DNA from: a virus
Lineage: Duplodnaviria; Caudoviricetes
IMG/VR virus record: IMGVR_UViG_3300025789_000042
Coordinates: 1-59,290 of that record
Direction: 5' to 3' (one strand)
DNA length: 59,290 bases
Below, one piece after another: positions 19,341-29,749 of the stretch. Position 1 is the stretch's first letter; every line of letters begins with the position of its first letter. Position numbers and translations under genes: made by a program. The notes beneath the pieces were generated by a model, which was not told the origin of the DNA, searched no databases, and saw nothing but the letters and a program-made list of their open reading frames with translations.

Positions 19341-19673
19341 ATGGCAAAACTTAATTACACCCCCCGCATCGACCACAGCAAGAAAGACCTTGAAGTCGGC
19401 GATGACATGACACAAGACAAAAAACTCGTCAAAAAAGCATTCAAAATGCACGACGAACAAGAGCACGAAGGCGAGAAAACCGACTTGAGCAAGCTCAAAA
19501 AGGGTGGCCGCGTGAAGAAAGAAAAAGGCACCGTGCGCGAGTTCTGCGGCGGCGGCATGACTGGCAAGTACAAAGAAGGTGGCCTGATCAAGGCAACTGA
19601 GCCAACCAAGAAAGCCTCCGGCAAGCCTTCAGCGCAAGGCCCCGACAAGTTCAAAAAAGGCGGGAAGTGCTAG
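19341..19673 (+). CDS. Lys-rich small protein with four GG motifs
   Basis: LKKGG, FCGGG, YKEGG, FKKGG. Confidence 0.7.
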   Translation: MAKLNYTPRIDHSKKDLEVGDDMTQDKKLVKKAFKMHDEQEHEGEKTDLSKLKKGGRVKKEKGTVREFCGGGMTGKYKEGGLIKATEPTKKASGKPSAQGPDKFKKGGKC

Positions 19674-19674
19674 T

Positions 19675-19830
19675 ATGCCTTTGAAATCGAAAGCACAAGA
19701 GCGCCTGATGCAGGGCGTCAAAAACAACCCCGAATTCGCCAAGAAGGTGGGCATCCCCCAAAAGGTTGGCAAAGAGTTCGTAGCATCTGGCAAGGCCAAA
19801 AGCAAACTGCCTGAACGCAAGAAAAAATAA
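19675..19830 (+). CDS. Small basic phage protein
   Basis: MPLKSKAQERLM..NPEFAKKVGIPQKVGKEF (51 aa, read manually). Confidence 0.7.
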   Translation: MPLKSKAQERLMQGVKNNPEFAKKVGIPQKVGKEFVASGKAKSKLPERKKK

Positions 19831-20870
19831 TGGCAAGCAACTACAACAACACCTCAAACACGACAGCTCAAACAACCATCACGGTTGATGAGATGATTGC
19901 CCATGCCTACTTGGAATCGGGCAAGCTGGCTGAGGAAATGACACCGGAGTATGTGAATGCTGCCCGTCGTGCGTTGTGGTACATCTTGATCAACCTGTCC
20001 AACCGTGGTGTCAACCTCTGGTTGTTGGACTACGTGATGTTTGGCGGCGAAGGACAAACTCGCCAATACACCATGCCGCGCGGCACCGTGGATGTGCGCG
20101 TGGCAAACTACCGTCTTGTGACTCGCCCAAGCACCACGCTGGATACTCTCTTTGGGGCGTTCAACACCACCAGCATCGCGGTGCCCTATACCATTCCAGC
20201 GGGTGGCAACGCGATGGCATACTATGAGACTGCTTACGCTTTCTTGAGCGCGGGCTTTTACTCCACAGAGAAAATCACACTGGAAGTAGATTACAGTTAC
20301 GACAACATAACTTGGACCAATCTTGGCCAAGTCAGCAATGGTGTGGTCAACAACTGGGGCTACTTGCAGATCGACGGATCGCCCACGGCGTCGTATTGGC
20401 GCTTTCGCAACGCTTCGGCATCAAATGTGGTGGTCAATGCTTTGTCACTGGGCTCGGTACAACAAGACATCCCCTTGGCGCGACTCAACCGCGACAGCTA
20501 TTTTAACTTGCCAAACAAAGATTTCGAGAGCAACCGCTCGTTGCAATTCTGGTTTGATCGCCAAGTCACCCCAATCATGAACTTGTGGCCTGTGCCACAA
20601 GATGCCTTTCAAGCGTTCCAAGTGCTCTTGGAATTGCAGCCCCAAGACGTGGGCAAATTGACCAATGAGCTGGCGGTGCCAGACCGATGGATGCCTTGCA
20701 TGCAAAAACAACTCTCAGCTGCCGTGGCCAAACTGCTGCCCGGAATTGACGAGAACCGCATTGGGCGCCTTACCATGGAAGCCAAAGAGCTGACGTTGCA
20801 GGCTGAGGAAGAGGATAGAGACCGTTCGCCTTTTTACATCCAACCTAACATTTCGTATTACACTAAATAA
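19830..20870 (+). CDS. Putative head-tail adaptor/neck protein
   Basis: ARRALWYILINLSNRGVNLW; LWPVP; helical C-terminus as in podovirus adaptors. Confidence 0.6.
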   Translation: MASNYNNTSNTTAQTTITVDEMIAHAYLESGKLAEEMTPEYVNAARRALWYILINLSNRGVNLWLLDYVMFGGEGQTRQYTMPRGTVDVRVANYRLVTRPSTTLDTLFGAFNTTSIAVPYTIPAGGNAMAYYETAYAFLSAGFYSTEKITLEVDYSYDNITWTNLGQVSNGVVNNWGYLQIDGSPTASYWRFRNASASNVVVNALSLGSVQQDIPLARLNRDSYFNLPNKDFESNRSLQFWFDRQVTPIMNLWPVPQDAFQAFQVLLELQPQDVGKLTNELAVPDRWMPCMQKQLSAAVAKLLPGIDENRIGRLTMEAKELTLQAEEEDRDRSPFYIQPNISYYTK

Positions 20871-20882
20871 AGGACCATAAAG

Positions 20883-21161
20883 ATGGCCGCAACCGGATAT
20901 ACACCGCTCCAACTGTACTACAGCTCTACAACAACCAACGTGCCTTCGGCTGCCAACTTGCTCAACGGCGAGTTGGCAATCAACATCACTGATGGTTTGT
21001 TGTTCTACAAAGACAACACATCGACAGTCCAAACGATTGGATACAAAATTCGTCCCGTTTCAGCGGGCGGCACTGGCGCCACCACGGTGGCTGGCGCCCA
21101 ATCAAATTTGCAAGTAGACCCTGCCGGCACGGCAGTCGCAATGTCCATCGCATTAGGGTAA
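20883..21161 (+). CDS. Small fibre-associated protein (Mtd N-terminal-like)
   Basis: PSAANLLNGELAINITDGLLFYKD; ends AVAMSIALG. Confidence 0.6.
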   Translation: MAATGYTPLQLYYSSTTTNVPSAANLLNGELAINITDGLLFYKDNTSTVQTIGYKIRPVSAGGTGATTVAGAQSNLQVDPAGTAVAMSIALG

Positions 21162-21170
21162 GGAAACAAA

Positions 21171-21500
21171 ATGGCAACAAATACATTCACACGATACACG
21201 GCCAAGAACGTGGGCACGTCCCCCGTGGTCTTGGTCACAGCCGCATCGGCAACCCAAACAACCGTGATTGGCATGACAGTGGCCAACACCACATCATCAC
21301 CCATCACAGTGAGCGCGTACATCACCGCGTCAGCGACCAACTACTATGTTGTGAACAATGCAACTGTGCCCGTTGGTGGCTCGCTGGCCTTGTTCGGCGC
21401 CGATGGCAAAATCGTTTTGAACACCGGTGACGCATTCACCGTGGTGTCTGGCACAGCGTCTTCCGCTGACGTCATCTTGTCTTGCTTGCAAATCAGCTAA
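21171..21500 (+). CDS. Small tail structural protein
   Basis: Beta-rich; KIVLNTGD motif. Confidence 0.65.
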   Translation: MATNTFTRYTAKNVGTSPVVLVTAASATQTTVIGMTVANTTSSPITVSAYITASATNYYVVNNATVPVGGSLALFGADGKIVLNTGDAFTVVSGTASSADVILSCLQIS

Positions 21501-21509
21501 GGATAGCAC

Positions 21510-22487
21510 ATGAGCTATATTGGCAATACACCAACAACACAGTCGTTCACCCCGGCCATTGATTATTTCAGCGGCAACGGTTCCTCGACTGCGTTCACTT
21601 TGTCGCGCCAAGTCGCGTCTGTTGCGCAAGTCCAAGTGACCATCAGCAACGTGCCGCAAACACCGGGCGTGGCATACACAGTGAGTGGCAACACAATCAC
21701 GTTCACGTCTGCGCCGCCCACTGGCACAAGCAATATTTACGTTTATTACACCAGCCCGGTGACTCAGGTGATCTCCCCCGGTCAACAGACCGTAGGCACT
21801 ACCCAACTCTCAGCAACAGGCACTCCAAGCTCATCCACCTACTTGCGTGGCGACAATACTTGGTCAACCATCTCGACAGGCTTACCCGGCGTCCTTGGCC
21901 AAGCGTTCACCACAACTGGCTCAGGCCAAACATTTACCATCCCGACAGGCGTGACAGCGCTGAAAGTGACTGTGGTGGGCGCAGGAGGAGGAGGAGGCGG
22001 CGGACAAGGCTCCGTTGTTTGCGGATCAAACCTTATAGGCTCTGGAACAACAGGGGGCGCTGGCGGTGTTGCTGTAAGTTATTTGTCTGGTCTTACTTCT
22101 GGAGCAACACTTACAGTAACTGTTGGAGCGGGTGGGTCTGGCGCAAGTTCTACAACGGCCAGCACTGGCGGAACATCTAGCGTCGCATCAGGTACGCAAA
22201 CTATCACAACAATTACAGCAACTGGCGGGGGGGGCGGTACTTCCAACGGCGGTACTGCGGGGAGTCCGGGTACTGCTTCAGGCGGGGCGTTAAATTTTGG
22301 TGGTGGGTATAACGGCCTCTCTGGCTGCAGTGTTTTTGGCTATGCAGGAAAAAACGGAGGAATGGCAACCAACGGATCAACTGGTGGGAATTATGGCGGT
22401 GGCGGTGGTTATGGAACATCTCCTGCTGGCTCTGGTTCTGCAACTGGTGGTGCTGGCGCTGCTGGCGTAGTCATTTTTGAATGGTGA
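21510..22487 (+). CDS. Tail fibre protein with glycine-rich domain
   Basis: MSYIGN N-terminus; TYLRGDNTW; FTIPTGVTALKVTVVGAGGGGG. Confidence 0.75.
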   Translation: MSYIGNTPTTQSFTPAIDYFSGNGSSTAFTLSRQVASVAQVQVTISNVPQTPGVAYTVSGNTITFTSAPPTGTSNIYVYYTSPVTQVISPGQQTVGTTQLSATGTPSSSTYLRGDNTWSTISTGLPGVLGQAFTTTGSGQTFTIPTGVTALKVTVVGAGGGGGGGQGSVVCGSNLIGSGTTGGAGGVAVSYLSGLTSGATLTVTVGAGGSGASSTTASTGGTSSVASGTQTITTITATGGGGGTSNGGTAGSPGTASGGALNFGGGYNGLSGCSVFGYAGKNGGMATNGSTGGNYGGGGGYGTSPAGSGSATGGAGAAGVVIFEW

Positions 22488-22492
22488 TAAAC

Positions 22493-22732
22493 ATGCAAGC
22501 ATTGATTTCACAAATTGAACCCCGTGAAACGGGTTATCGAGTTGCTCAAGTCGAGCCTGACGATCAGACATTCCCAGTTGCTGCTGGGTTGTTCTGGACT
22601 GCCTGCGCTGACAATGTAGTGGCCGATCAGTTCTGGTACGACCCCGCTGACAACACAATCAAACCAATCCCAGCGCAATCCCTTGGCATTTCCCCAACAC
22701 AACCAATTTCAACTGGGGCACAAACCCTATGA
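22493..22732 (+). CDS. Putative tail fibre assembly protein
   Basis: Follows the fibre gene; FPVAAGLFWTAC..QFWYD. Confidence 0.55.
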   Translation: MQALISQIEPRETGYRVAQVEPDDQTFPVAAGLFWTACADNVVADQFWYDPADNTIKPIPAQSLGISPTQPISTGAQTL

Positions 22733-23010
22733 CAATCTTGGTTGTCCCAGTCCACAGCGTGACCTATGACGGTGTTTCGGTATACGTCTACCACGCCAAC
22801 AAGGGCGAAGGTTTGCCCAAGCACGAGCACACCTTTGCCCACTTGACCATGTGCCACGCTGGGTCAGCGATTGTTCGCAAAGAAGGCCGTGAGTTGGTGA
22901 TTGACAAGACAACGCAGCCCGTGAACCTCACGGCCAACGAATGGCATGAGATTGAAGCACTTGAAGACGGCACGGTCTTTGTCAACATCTTTGCAGAAGG
23001 AAAATATTAA
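22729..23010 (+). CDS. Cupin-fold protein
   Basis: PKHEHTFAH...WHEIEALED. Confidence 0.75.
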   Translation: MTILVVPVHSVTYDGVSVYVYHANKGEGLPKHEHTFAHLTMCHAGSAIVRKEGRELVIDKTTQPVNLTANEWHEIEALEDGTVFVNIFAEGKY

Positions 23011-23528
23011 TGCCAATCAGCTATATCACGAACGTCAGCACACAGGGCGTCATCACACAAGGCACAGCGGTTGCCTCAACCAGCGGCACGTCGATCACGT
23101 TCACTGGCATTCCATCTTGGGCCAAACGAATCACGGTGATGTTTAACGGTGTTAGTTTTAGCGCTGGTGCTCAACTTTTAATTCAGTTGGGGTCTGGATC
23201 GCTCACTACTACAGGATATTTAACTCAGGCAACAGTATTTACAGGAAGTGGAGCAGGTACAGGAACTTCTGTCACTTCTGGTATTCTTGGTGAAGGCAGC
23301 TCAGGGTCTTTAACCTCATCAACTGTTCGATATGGTCATGCAATTTTGACGATGGTTTCTGGCAATACATGGGTTGGCTCCGTTAATACTCAACATACAG
23401 GCACAACCACAGGTGGGCTTGGGGCTGGGTCTATTTCTCTTGCTGGCGCATTAGATCGCGTATCAATCACAACAGTAGCAGGAACAGCAACATTCACCGC
23501 TGGTTCAATCAACATCTTGTACGAGTAA
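23010..23528 (+). CDS. Tail fibre/tip protein, paralogue A
   Basis: STSGTSITFTGIPSWAKRITVMFNGVS...AGSINILYE. Confidence 0.7.
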   Translation: MPISYITNVSTQGVITQGTAVASTSGTSITFTGIPSWAKRITVMFNGVSFSAGAQLLIQLGSGSLTTTGYLTQATVFTGSGAGTGTSVTSGILGEGSSGSLTSSTVRYGHAILTMVSGNTWVGSVNTQHTGTTTGGLGAGSISLAGALDRVSITTVAGTATFTAGSINILYE

Positions 23529-23531
23529 ACA

Positions 23532-24494
23532 ATGAGCTATATCGGCAATCAACCAACTCAAGTAGCGTTCCTGACTGATACGTTCAGTGGAACGGGCTCG
23601 GCCACAGCATTCACCATGTCTGTGGCTCCGGCCAACTCAGCGTCCGTGCTCGTCGCCATCAGCGGCGTGGTGCAGGCACCATCCACGTACAGTGTCTCTG
23701 GCACCACGTTGACATTCTCCTCGGCGCCAGCCAGTGGCACAGGCAACATCTCTTGCCGCTACTTGGGCATTCCCGCATCGGGGGTGACAAACACAGCCTA
23801 CCGCACTGTGACTGAGTTCACCGCGACATCGGGCCAAACCACTTTCACCCCTCCAAGCTACACAGCCGGTTTCATCAACGTCTTTCGCAACGGTGTGCTT
23901 CTTGGGTCTGCTGATTACACAGCGACCAACGGCACAACTGTTGTGCTTGGTACTGGCGCCACGCTGAACGATTTGATTGCCATCGAGAGCTTCCAAGTAA
24001 GCTCGGTGCTCAATGCCATTCCCGCTACTGCGGGGGCTGTGGTATCAAGCTATTTGGCTCCGAGCTTGACATTGACCACACCAACCATTGGTCAAATCAA
24101 CTCAGCGGCAAGCTTGACACCACCGCTCTTTTATGACAACGCAGGCAATCAGATTGGTACGCTGTGTCGTGCTTGGGTTAATTTTAATTCTTCTGCTGGT
24201 TCGGTCGCAACTGTAAATGCTGCTTTCAATGTTAGCAGCATTACATATACCAGCACTGGCACATATACGGTTAATTTTACAAACGCTTTTGTCGATGCAA
24301 ACTATTCAATGTCAGGAATTGGCTCTTTAGCTGATGGCACATCAGGCAACACTGATATTATTATTATTGGCCCATCAAGGGCGACTACAACACCCTTTAC
24401 AACTACTTCGGCTGCAATTCAAAGTACAGCTAGAACTGCAACTAACACAACTTTTTTTAACGCAAAAGTTGCTTGTTTATCTTTTTTCCGGTAA
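23532..24494 (+). CDS. Tail fibre protein
   Basis: MSYIGN N-terminus paralogous to 21510; C-terminal CRAWVNF..FNVSSIT..YTVNFT domain. Confidence 0.75.
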   Translation: MSYIGNQPTQVAFLTDTFSGTGSATAFTMSVAPANSASVLVAISGVVQAPSTYSVSGTTLTFSSAPASGTGNISCRYLGIPASGVTNTAYRTVTEFTATSGQTTFTPPSYTAGFINVFRNGVLLGSADYTATNGTTVVLGTGATLNDLIAIESFQVSSVLNAIPATAGAVVSSYLAPSLTLTTPTIGQINSAASLTPPLFYDNAGNQIGTLCRAWVNFNSSAGSVATVNAAFNVSSITYTSTGTYTVNFTNAFVDANYSMSGIGSLADGTSGNTDIIIIGPSRATTTPFTTTSAAIQSTARTATNTTFFNAKVACLSFFR

Positions 24495-24503
24495 GGACTC
24501 ACA

Positions 24504-24926
24504 ATGACTCAAGTAATTATCTATTCTCAAAATGGTCAAGTGGCTGTTTGTATACCCACTGGTGAAATGTCTATTGAAGAAGTAAAAGCCAAAGACACGC
24601 CAGAGGGTTCAATCATTGTTGACGACAGCACACTGCCTAACGCGGACGGCGACTTCTTTAACGCTTGGGAATTGAACGGCTCAACCGTTAGCGTGAACAT
24701 CACCAAAGCAGTTGCACAACAACAAGCTGTTTTGAACGCATTGGCTAAAACAGAAGCAAATCACCGCGCGACAAATACTGGCGCGGGAATTGCCAACAAA
24801 TTGGCTGATGCTGATTGGTTGGATTTGTTGACTACAGCGCGAACAGCAGTCGCTTCAGCAACCTCTACGCAAGGCTTGCGGGATGCAATCGCGCCCGTGC
24901 AAGCATCCATCGCAGCTAACGAATAA
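24504..24926 (+). CDS. Putative tail fibre chaperone
   Basis: Follows the fibre gene; FFNAWEL motif. Confidence 0.55.
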   Translation: MTQVIIYSQNGQVAVCIPTGEMSIEEVKAKDTPEGSIIVDDSTLPNADGDFFNAWELNGSTVSVNITKAVAQQQAVLNALAKTEANHRATNTGAGIANKLADADWLDLLTTARTAVASATSTQGLRDAIAPVQASIAANE

Positions 24927-24934
24927 GGATAGCA

Positions 24935-25462
24935 ATGACAAAATCAGCAAACTTAGCTGCCGTTGGTGCCAACGCCAACTCCGGCGGCACATTGATCACA
25001 TCGGGCACAGCACAGGCCAGCACTAGCGGCACGTCGATCACATTTACTGGTATTCCTTCATGGGCGAAGCGAATCACTGTGATGTTTAACGGCGTGTCAA
25101 CATCGGGAACATCAAATTTATTAGTTCAATTAGGCAGCGGCTCTACTACTACATCAGGATATACTGAAACTAATAGTAGTATAAAAAACGGTGTTTCCCC
25201 CGGTGTAGGAACTGTTACAAATGGATTTGTTATTGGCAGCGCTATTTTAGCGTCAAGTTTAAATTCAGGACAAACTGTTTTTACAAATATTAGCTCTAAT
25301 ATTTGGACTTGTTCATCACAATTAGCAGATTCTGTTCAACCGTCTTTAAGTTATTGTGCGGGAGTAATATCGCTTGCAGGAGCATTAGACCGAGTAGTCA
25401 TCACAACAGTCAACGGCACGGACACCTTTGACGCTGGCTCAATCAACATCTTGTACGAGTAA
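24935..25462 (+). CDS. Tail fibre/tip protein, paralogue B
   Basis: Shares both ends with 23010..23528. Confidence 0.7.
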   Translation: MTKSANLAAVGANANSGGTLITSGTAQASTSGTSITFTGIPSWAKRITVMFNGVSTSGTSNLLVQLGSGSTTTSGYTETNSSIKNGVSPGVGTVTNGFVIGSAILASSLNSGQTVFTNISSNIWTCSSQLADSVQPSLSYCAGVISLAGALDRVVITTVNGTDTFDAGSINILYE

Positions 25463-25465
25463 TAA

Positions 25466-26083
25466 ATGACAGCACAAGCGATGACCTATGACAGCCTTGT
25501 TCAGGATGTCATCAATTATTCAGAACGGAACGACGCGCAATTTCTTGCACAGATTCCGCGCCTGATCATGATGACTGAACAGGCAATCGCGGCTGAACTG
25601 AAAACACTGCTCCAATTGAACGTGGTCAACACGACGCTGGAGCCGGAAAACTTTGTGCTGGAAAAACCAGTGCGCTGGCGCAAGACGATCAGCATGAAGA
25701 TCAACGGCGTCCCTGTCACCAATCGCTCAATGGACTACGTGACTCAGTTCCAGTCTGAATCAGATGCTGGACAGCCCATCTACTACGGCGACTATGACTA
25801 TGATCATTGGGCGCTGGCACCCAAACCAGATCAATCGTACCCACTGGAAATCATTTACTACAGCCGCATCCAGCCGCTCGACGAAGAGAACCAAGAAAAT
25901 CTTTGGACTCGTGAAGCACCACAAGCTCTTCTGTATGGTACCTTGTTGCAAGCACAAGGCTACTTGAAGAGCTTGGAAAAAATTTCTGTGTGGAAAGGCT
26001 ACTACGATGACGCGATTGCCGCCATCAAGGGTGAAGATTCACGTCGGATGGCTGATCGTAACACTGTGAGACAAGAACCATGA
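25466..26083 (+). CDS. Putative adaptor/tail tubular protein
   Basis: MTYDSLV..LAPKPDQSY..ALLYGTLLQAQGYLK. Confidence 0.6.
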   Translation: MTAQAMTYDSLVQDVINYSERNDAQFLAQIPRLIMMTEQAIAAELKTLLQLNVVNTTLEPENFVLEKPVRWRKTISMKINGVPVTNRSMDYVTQFQSESDAGQPIYYGDYDYDHWALAPKPDQSYPLEIIYYSRIQPLDEENQENLWTREAPQALLYGTLLQAQGYLKSLEKISVWKGYYDDAIAAIKGEDSRRMADRNTVRQEP

Positions 26084-27357
26084 CAACATACACCTCCGCC
26101 TTTACCGGCAACGTGATTCAGCCCACTGATGTGAGTTACGCATCAGTTGCCCTCACACAAAGCATCCAACTGTATTGGCCACAGTACGCCAATGATACGC
26201 AGCAAACAACCGCACGTATCATGGAGTTCACTGCCAATAACACGGGCTACGCAGTCACGTTGCCCGATGCCACTCAGGCATCTGTTGGCCAAGACATCCT
26301 GATCCGCAACACCGGCACATATCCAATCTTTTTTCAGCGCTTTGATGGCACGGGATCATTCACCGTCAACGGTGGCCAAGTGTTCTACACCTACATTGTG
26401 GATGATAGCACTCAAGCTGGTGTATGGGCTTTGTTGCAGTTTGGAACTGGCACTTCAACCGCCGATGCAACCACACTGGCGGGCAACTCCACTGCGGCTA
26501 TTTTAGGCAAGATTGAAGCTGCGTTTGTGACCAGCGAATACATCACTGCGCCAGCCATCAATGACGCCTCACGAGGCAACTGTTTGGTTTGGAATGGTGG
26601 TGTTGGTACTTGGGCTTTACCATCGGTAAACAGCCTCTCACAAGGCTGGTTCATTCTGGTGCGCAACAACGGCACCGGCGCGCTAACCATCAACCCAGCA
26701 ACGGGCTCATCTTCGCTGATTGACGGTTTGGGTAGCTTGACGTTGCCTCTGGGCGACTCATGCTTCATCTGTGTGAACCGCGATCCTGCCGTCCAAGAGT
26801 TTTTCACTGTCGGTCGATCACGCCCAAACAGCCTGACATTCACATCAGCCACGTATGACGTGGACGCCATCTCAGGCGCTTCGCTCAACTTGGTCAGCAA
26901 TACGCCGATCATTCAGCGCTTCACAGCGCTGGCCGGCACCCGCGCATCTTCCTTATTGGTCGAGCTGCCCGCCGTGACTCAGGTGTACTACCTGTTGAAC
27001 GACACCAACCAAAGTGGCTACTCCATCAATTTCCAAGTGTATGGTTCATCCCAGACACCATTCAGCTTGGCAAGCAATTCCCAAGCCATCATCCTGAGCG
27101 ATGGCAACAATGTGTGGCCGTTGATTCAGGCCAACGTGGGCACTCAATTGGTCCAGCGGGGTACAGCAGTCAATCCAGCGTATTCGTTCGCAGCGGACCC
27201 CAACTCGGGCATGTATTCGCCTAACAACGGGATGCTTGGTTTTGCTGCGGGCAGCAACAACATTGCGACCATGGACGTGACTGGCGGCACAGGCAACTAC
27301 ATCACTACATTTATTGGTCGCATTCAAGCAGACCTAATTACTGGGGGCCAATTCTAA
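26080..27357 (+). CDS. Tail structural protein
   Basis: Beta-rich repeats; ends ITGGQF. Confidence 0.65.
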   Translation: MTTYTSAFTGNVIQPTDVSYASVALTQSIQLYWPQYANDTQQTTARIMEFTANNTGYAVTLPDATQASVGQDILIRNTGTYPIFFQRFDGTGSFTVNGGQVFYTYIVDDSTQAGVWALLQFGTGTSTADATTLAGNSTAAILGKIEAAFVTSEYITAPAINDASRGNCLVWNGGVGTWALPSVNSLSQGWFILVRNNGTGALTINPATGSSSLIDGLGSLTLPLGDSCFICVNRDPAVQEFFTVGRSRPNSLTFTSATYDVDAISGASLNLVSNTPIIQRFTALAGTRASSLLVELPAVTQVYYLLNDTNQSGYSINFQVYGSSQTPFSLASNSQAIILSDGNNVWPLIQANVGTQLVQRGTAVNPAYSFAADPNSGMYSPNNGMLGFAAGSNNIATMDVTGGTGNYITTFIGRIQADLITGGQF

Positions 27358-29486
27358 TGGCAGACCAACAGCAAGCAGCACAAGGACCTTCAAAAATCTT
27401 TACGCTTGCCAATAAGCCCGGCATCAAGCGCGACGGTACAAAATTTGAAGGCGATGAATTTGGCGATGGCCAATGGATTCGGTTTCAACGTAACAAAGCC
27501 AAAAAGATGAATGGCTACCGCCAAATGTTTGCGTCCCCTAACGCAATCCCGCGCGGTGTCATCACCAACCCGCAGAACGGTGTGAACTACATCTTCGTGG
27601 GCAACCAAAACGGCATTGAAGTTTACACCACAGGCACTGATCAAGGTGTTGGAGTTGGTCCTGTTCAAGTGGAATTCAACACCACCTACGTGGTGACAAA
27701 CCTGACAACCAACGTGATTCAAGTCGTTGGCAATGTGGTGTCTACGTTCCCTTCTGGAACTGTGTTTTGGTCGTACAACACATCCAATGTGCGCACCAAC
27801 TACACAACGACAGGGACACCAACCTACAACTCAGGCACCAATCGAACAACGATTACGTTGACCAGTGCAGCGGGGTTTTCGACTGCAACCACCGTGGAAA
27901 TTTACATCCCCGGAAGCCTAGCATCAAACCCGTATTACCTCTGGCAGTTTGACATCGGGTATGACTCTTCAGGCAATGGAAATTCTAAGTTGTTGGCCCA
28001 TCCCGGTCAAAATTTGAACAACGTCGATTCCAACGTGGTGACGAGCTTGTACGCGGGCAGCTTCATGCCAGACCCAACAACGGGCAAGTACGTGCTGACC
28101 CAAGTTATGGATTCTTCAGGCCAATACCCGACATACCAACCAATCAATGTCTCCGGCGGTGTGGTTGTTTTGCATCCGTTTGTTTTTGTGTTTGGTACGT
28201 CCGGGTTGCTGCGCAACAATAACGTCATCTTCAATACGCCAACAGGCAATGTATCCACATTCAGCGACTGGAATGGTACGCTGGCCAACGAAACAAACAT
28301 GGCTTCGGGCAAAATCGTGGCCGGTATGCCTTTGCGTGGCGGCTCGCTGTCCCCCGCTGGTTTGTTCTGGGCGACAGACTCTTTGGTGCGAGTGTCGTTT
28401 ACATCGACCACGCCGTACTTCTGGAGATATGACATCCTTTCAAATAACACCTCGATCATGTCGTCCAACTCCGTGGTCGAGATGGATGGCGTTTATTTTT
28501 GGATGGGTGTTGACCGATTCTACCTATACAACGGTGTGGTTCAAGTTCTACCAAACGACAAGAACGTGAACTACTTGTTCGACAATTTGAACTACAGCCA
28601 GCGTCAAAAAGTGTGGGCCACCAAGGTGCCTCGCTTCAACGAAGTTTGGTTCTTCTACCCGCGCGGCACATCGACAGAGTGCAACGATGCCATCATCTAC
28701 AACGTCAAAGATCAGACGTGGTATGACGCGGGCATGGCTGAAGGGTCGCAGCGCTCATGTGGCTACATGACGGAAGTGTTTCCTTACCCTGTATGGTGTG
28801 ATTGGAATTTCACAGGCAGCTTCGGCGCAACATACTCTGTATTGTATGGACCAAATCACTCTGGCACACCATCAACCAATGCGTATCAAATCGTATTGTC
28901 AGGCGACCAAACAACGAATCCAGCGGGCTCGTATATGTCGTTCAATAACAGTGCAAGCAACACTTTTACGGCGATCAACCAAATCGCTGGCGCAACATTT
29001 ACCGATAACGCTTCCGGCGGGTACACGGTGATGACATTTGCCAGCCCGGTGATCAGCAACGCGACCACGGTGACTCAAGCATTGGGCGGGTATGCCATCT
29101 GGCAACACGAATATGGCAAAAACAAAATCACCGACAATGGGGTCTTCGCCATTGACTCGTTTGCTGAAACCTGTGACATCTCTTTTGTAGGGGGCACCCC
29201 CGCCGAAGATGTGACGATCACGGCAAACCGCCGCATGCACATCACGCGGATCGAGCCTGACTTCCGTCAAGTGGGGCCTATGGAGATGATGGTGATCGGG
29301 CGCCCATTTGCGCAAGGCGCCGAACAAGATGATGGGCCTTATGTGTTCCAAGATACAGATGGCAAGATCGATTTGAGGGTTGAGCACCGCCTAATCAATT
29401 TGCAGTTCCGCAGCAACGTGGTGGACGGCGACTTTGAATTTGGCCGCATCATGATCACTGCCGAACTTGGCGATGAGCGTCCCTGA
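27357..29486 (+). CDS. Putative tail nozzle/DNA stabilisation protein (P22 gp10-like)
   Basis: 709 aa; beta-propeller-like YFWMG..FYLYNG and FNEVWFFYP motifs. Confidence 0.65.
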   Translation: MADQQQAAQGPSKIFTLANKPGIKRDGTKFEGDEFGDGQWIRFQRNKAKKMNGYRQMFASPNAIPRGVITNPQNGVNYIFVGNQNGIEVYTTGTDQGVGVGPVQVEFNTTYVVTNLTTNVIQVVGNVVSTFPSGTVFWSYNTSNVRTNYTTTGTPTYNSGTNRTTITLTSAAGFSTATTVEIYIPGSLASNPYYLWQFDIGYDSSGNGNSKLLAHPGQNLNNVDSNVVTSLYAGSFMPDPTTGKYVLTQVMDSSGQYPTYQPINVSGGVVVLHPFVFVFGTSGLLRNNNVIFNTPTGNVSTFSDWNGTLANETNMASGKIVAGMPLRGGSLSPAGLFWATDSLVRVSFTSTTPYFWRYDILSNNTSIMSSNSVVEMDGVYFWMGVDRFYLYNGVVQVLPNDKNVNYLFDNLNYSQRQKVWATKVPRFNEVWFFYPRGTSTECNDAIIYNVKDQTWYDAGMAEGSQRSCGYMTEVFPYPVWCDWNFTGSFGATYSVLYGPNHSGTPSTNAYQIVLSGDQTTNPAGSYMSFNNSASNTFTAINQIAGATFTDNASGGYTVMTFASPVISNATTVTQALGGYAIWQHEYGKNKITDNGVFAIDSFAETCDISFVGGTPAEDVTITANRRMHITRIEPDFRQVGPMEMMVIGRPFAQGAEQDDGPYVFQDTDGKIDLRVEHRLINLQFRSNVVDGDFEFGRIMITAELGDERP

Positions 29487-29719
29487 TGCAACTTGATTTC
29501 CTGCCCGACTTTAGTACTTGGGAGCAGTGGAATGGCAACCTGATCCTCTATTTTGGCGACCAACAGTTCCCCTACGTCACTGAAGAAAATTGGAAACAGG
29601 TTGCCTCATCTATGGTGACAAACAGCATATTTAGCCAATTCAACGTACCCGCTCCAGATCAGTTTGATACTTGGCAAGGGTGGGCAAAAGCAGCAACTCA
29701 GGCCGTAAATGGTCCATAA
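29486..29719 (+). CDS. Small Trp-rich hypothetical protein
   Basis: Overlaps the nozzle stop. Confidence 0.65.
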   Translation: MQLDFLPDFSTWEQWNGNLILYFGDQQFPYVTEENWKQVASSMVTNSIFSQFNVPAPDQFDTWQGWAKAATQAVNGP

Positions 29720-29739
29720 AATGGGTAATTTTCTATAGG
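29701..29739 (+). promoter_or_regulatory. Putative phage late promoter, copy 6
   Basis: GGCCGT-N14-ATGGGTAATTTTCTATAGG. Confidence 0.65.
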
Positions 29740-29749
29740 ATATACGTAC

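Noticed and set aside
20883-25462. Diversity-generating retroelement or invertible tail cassette
   Set aside because: No reverse transcriptase or invertase; paralogue differences are not adenine-specific
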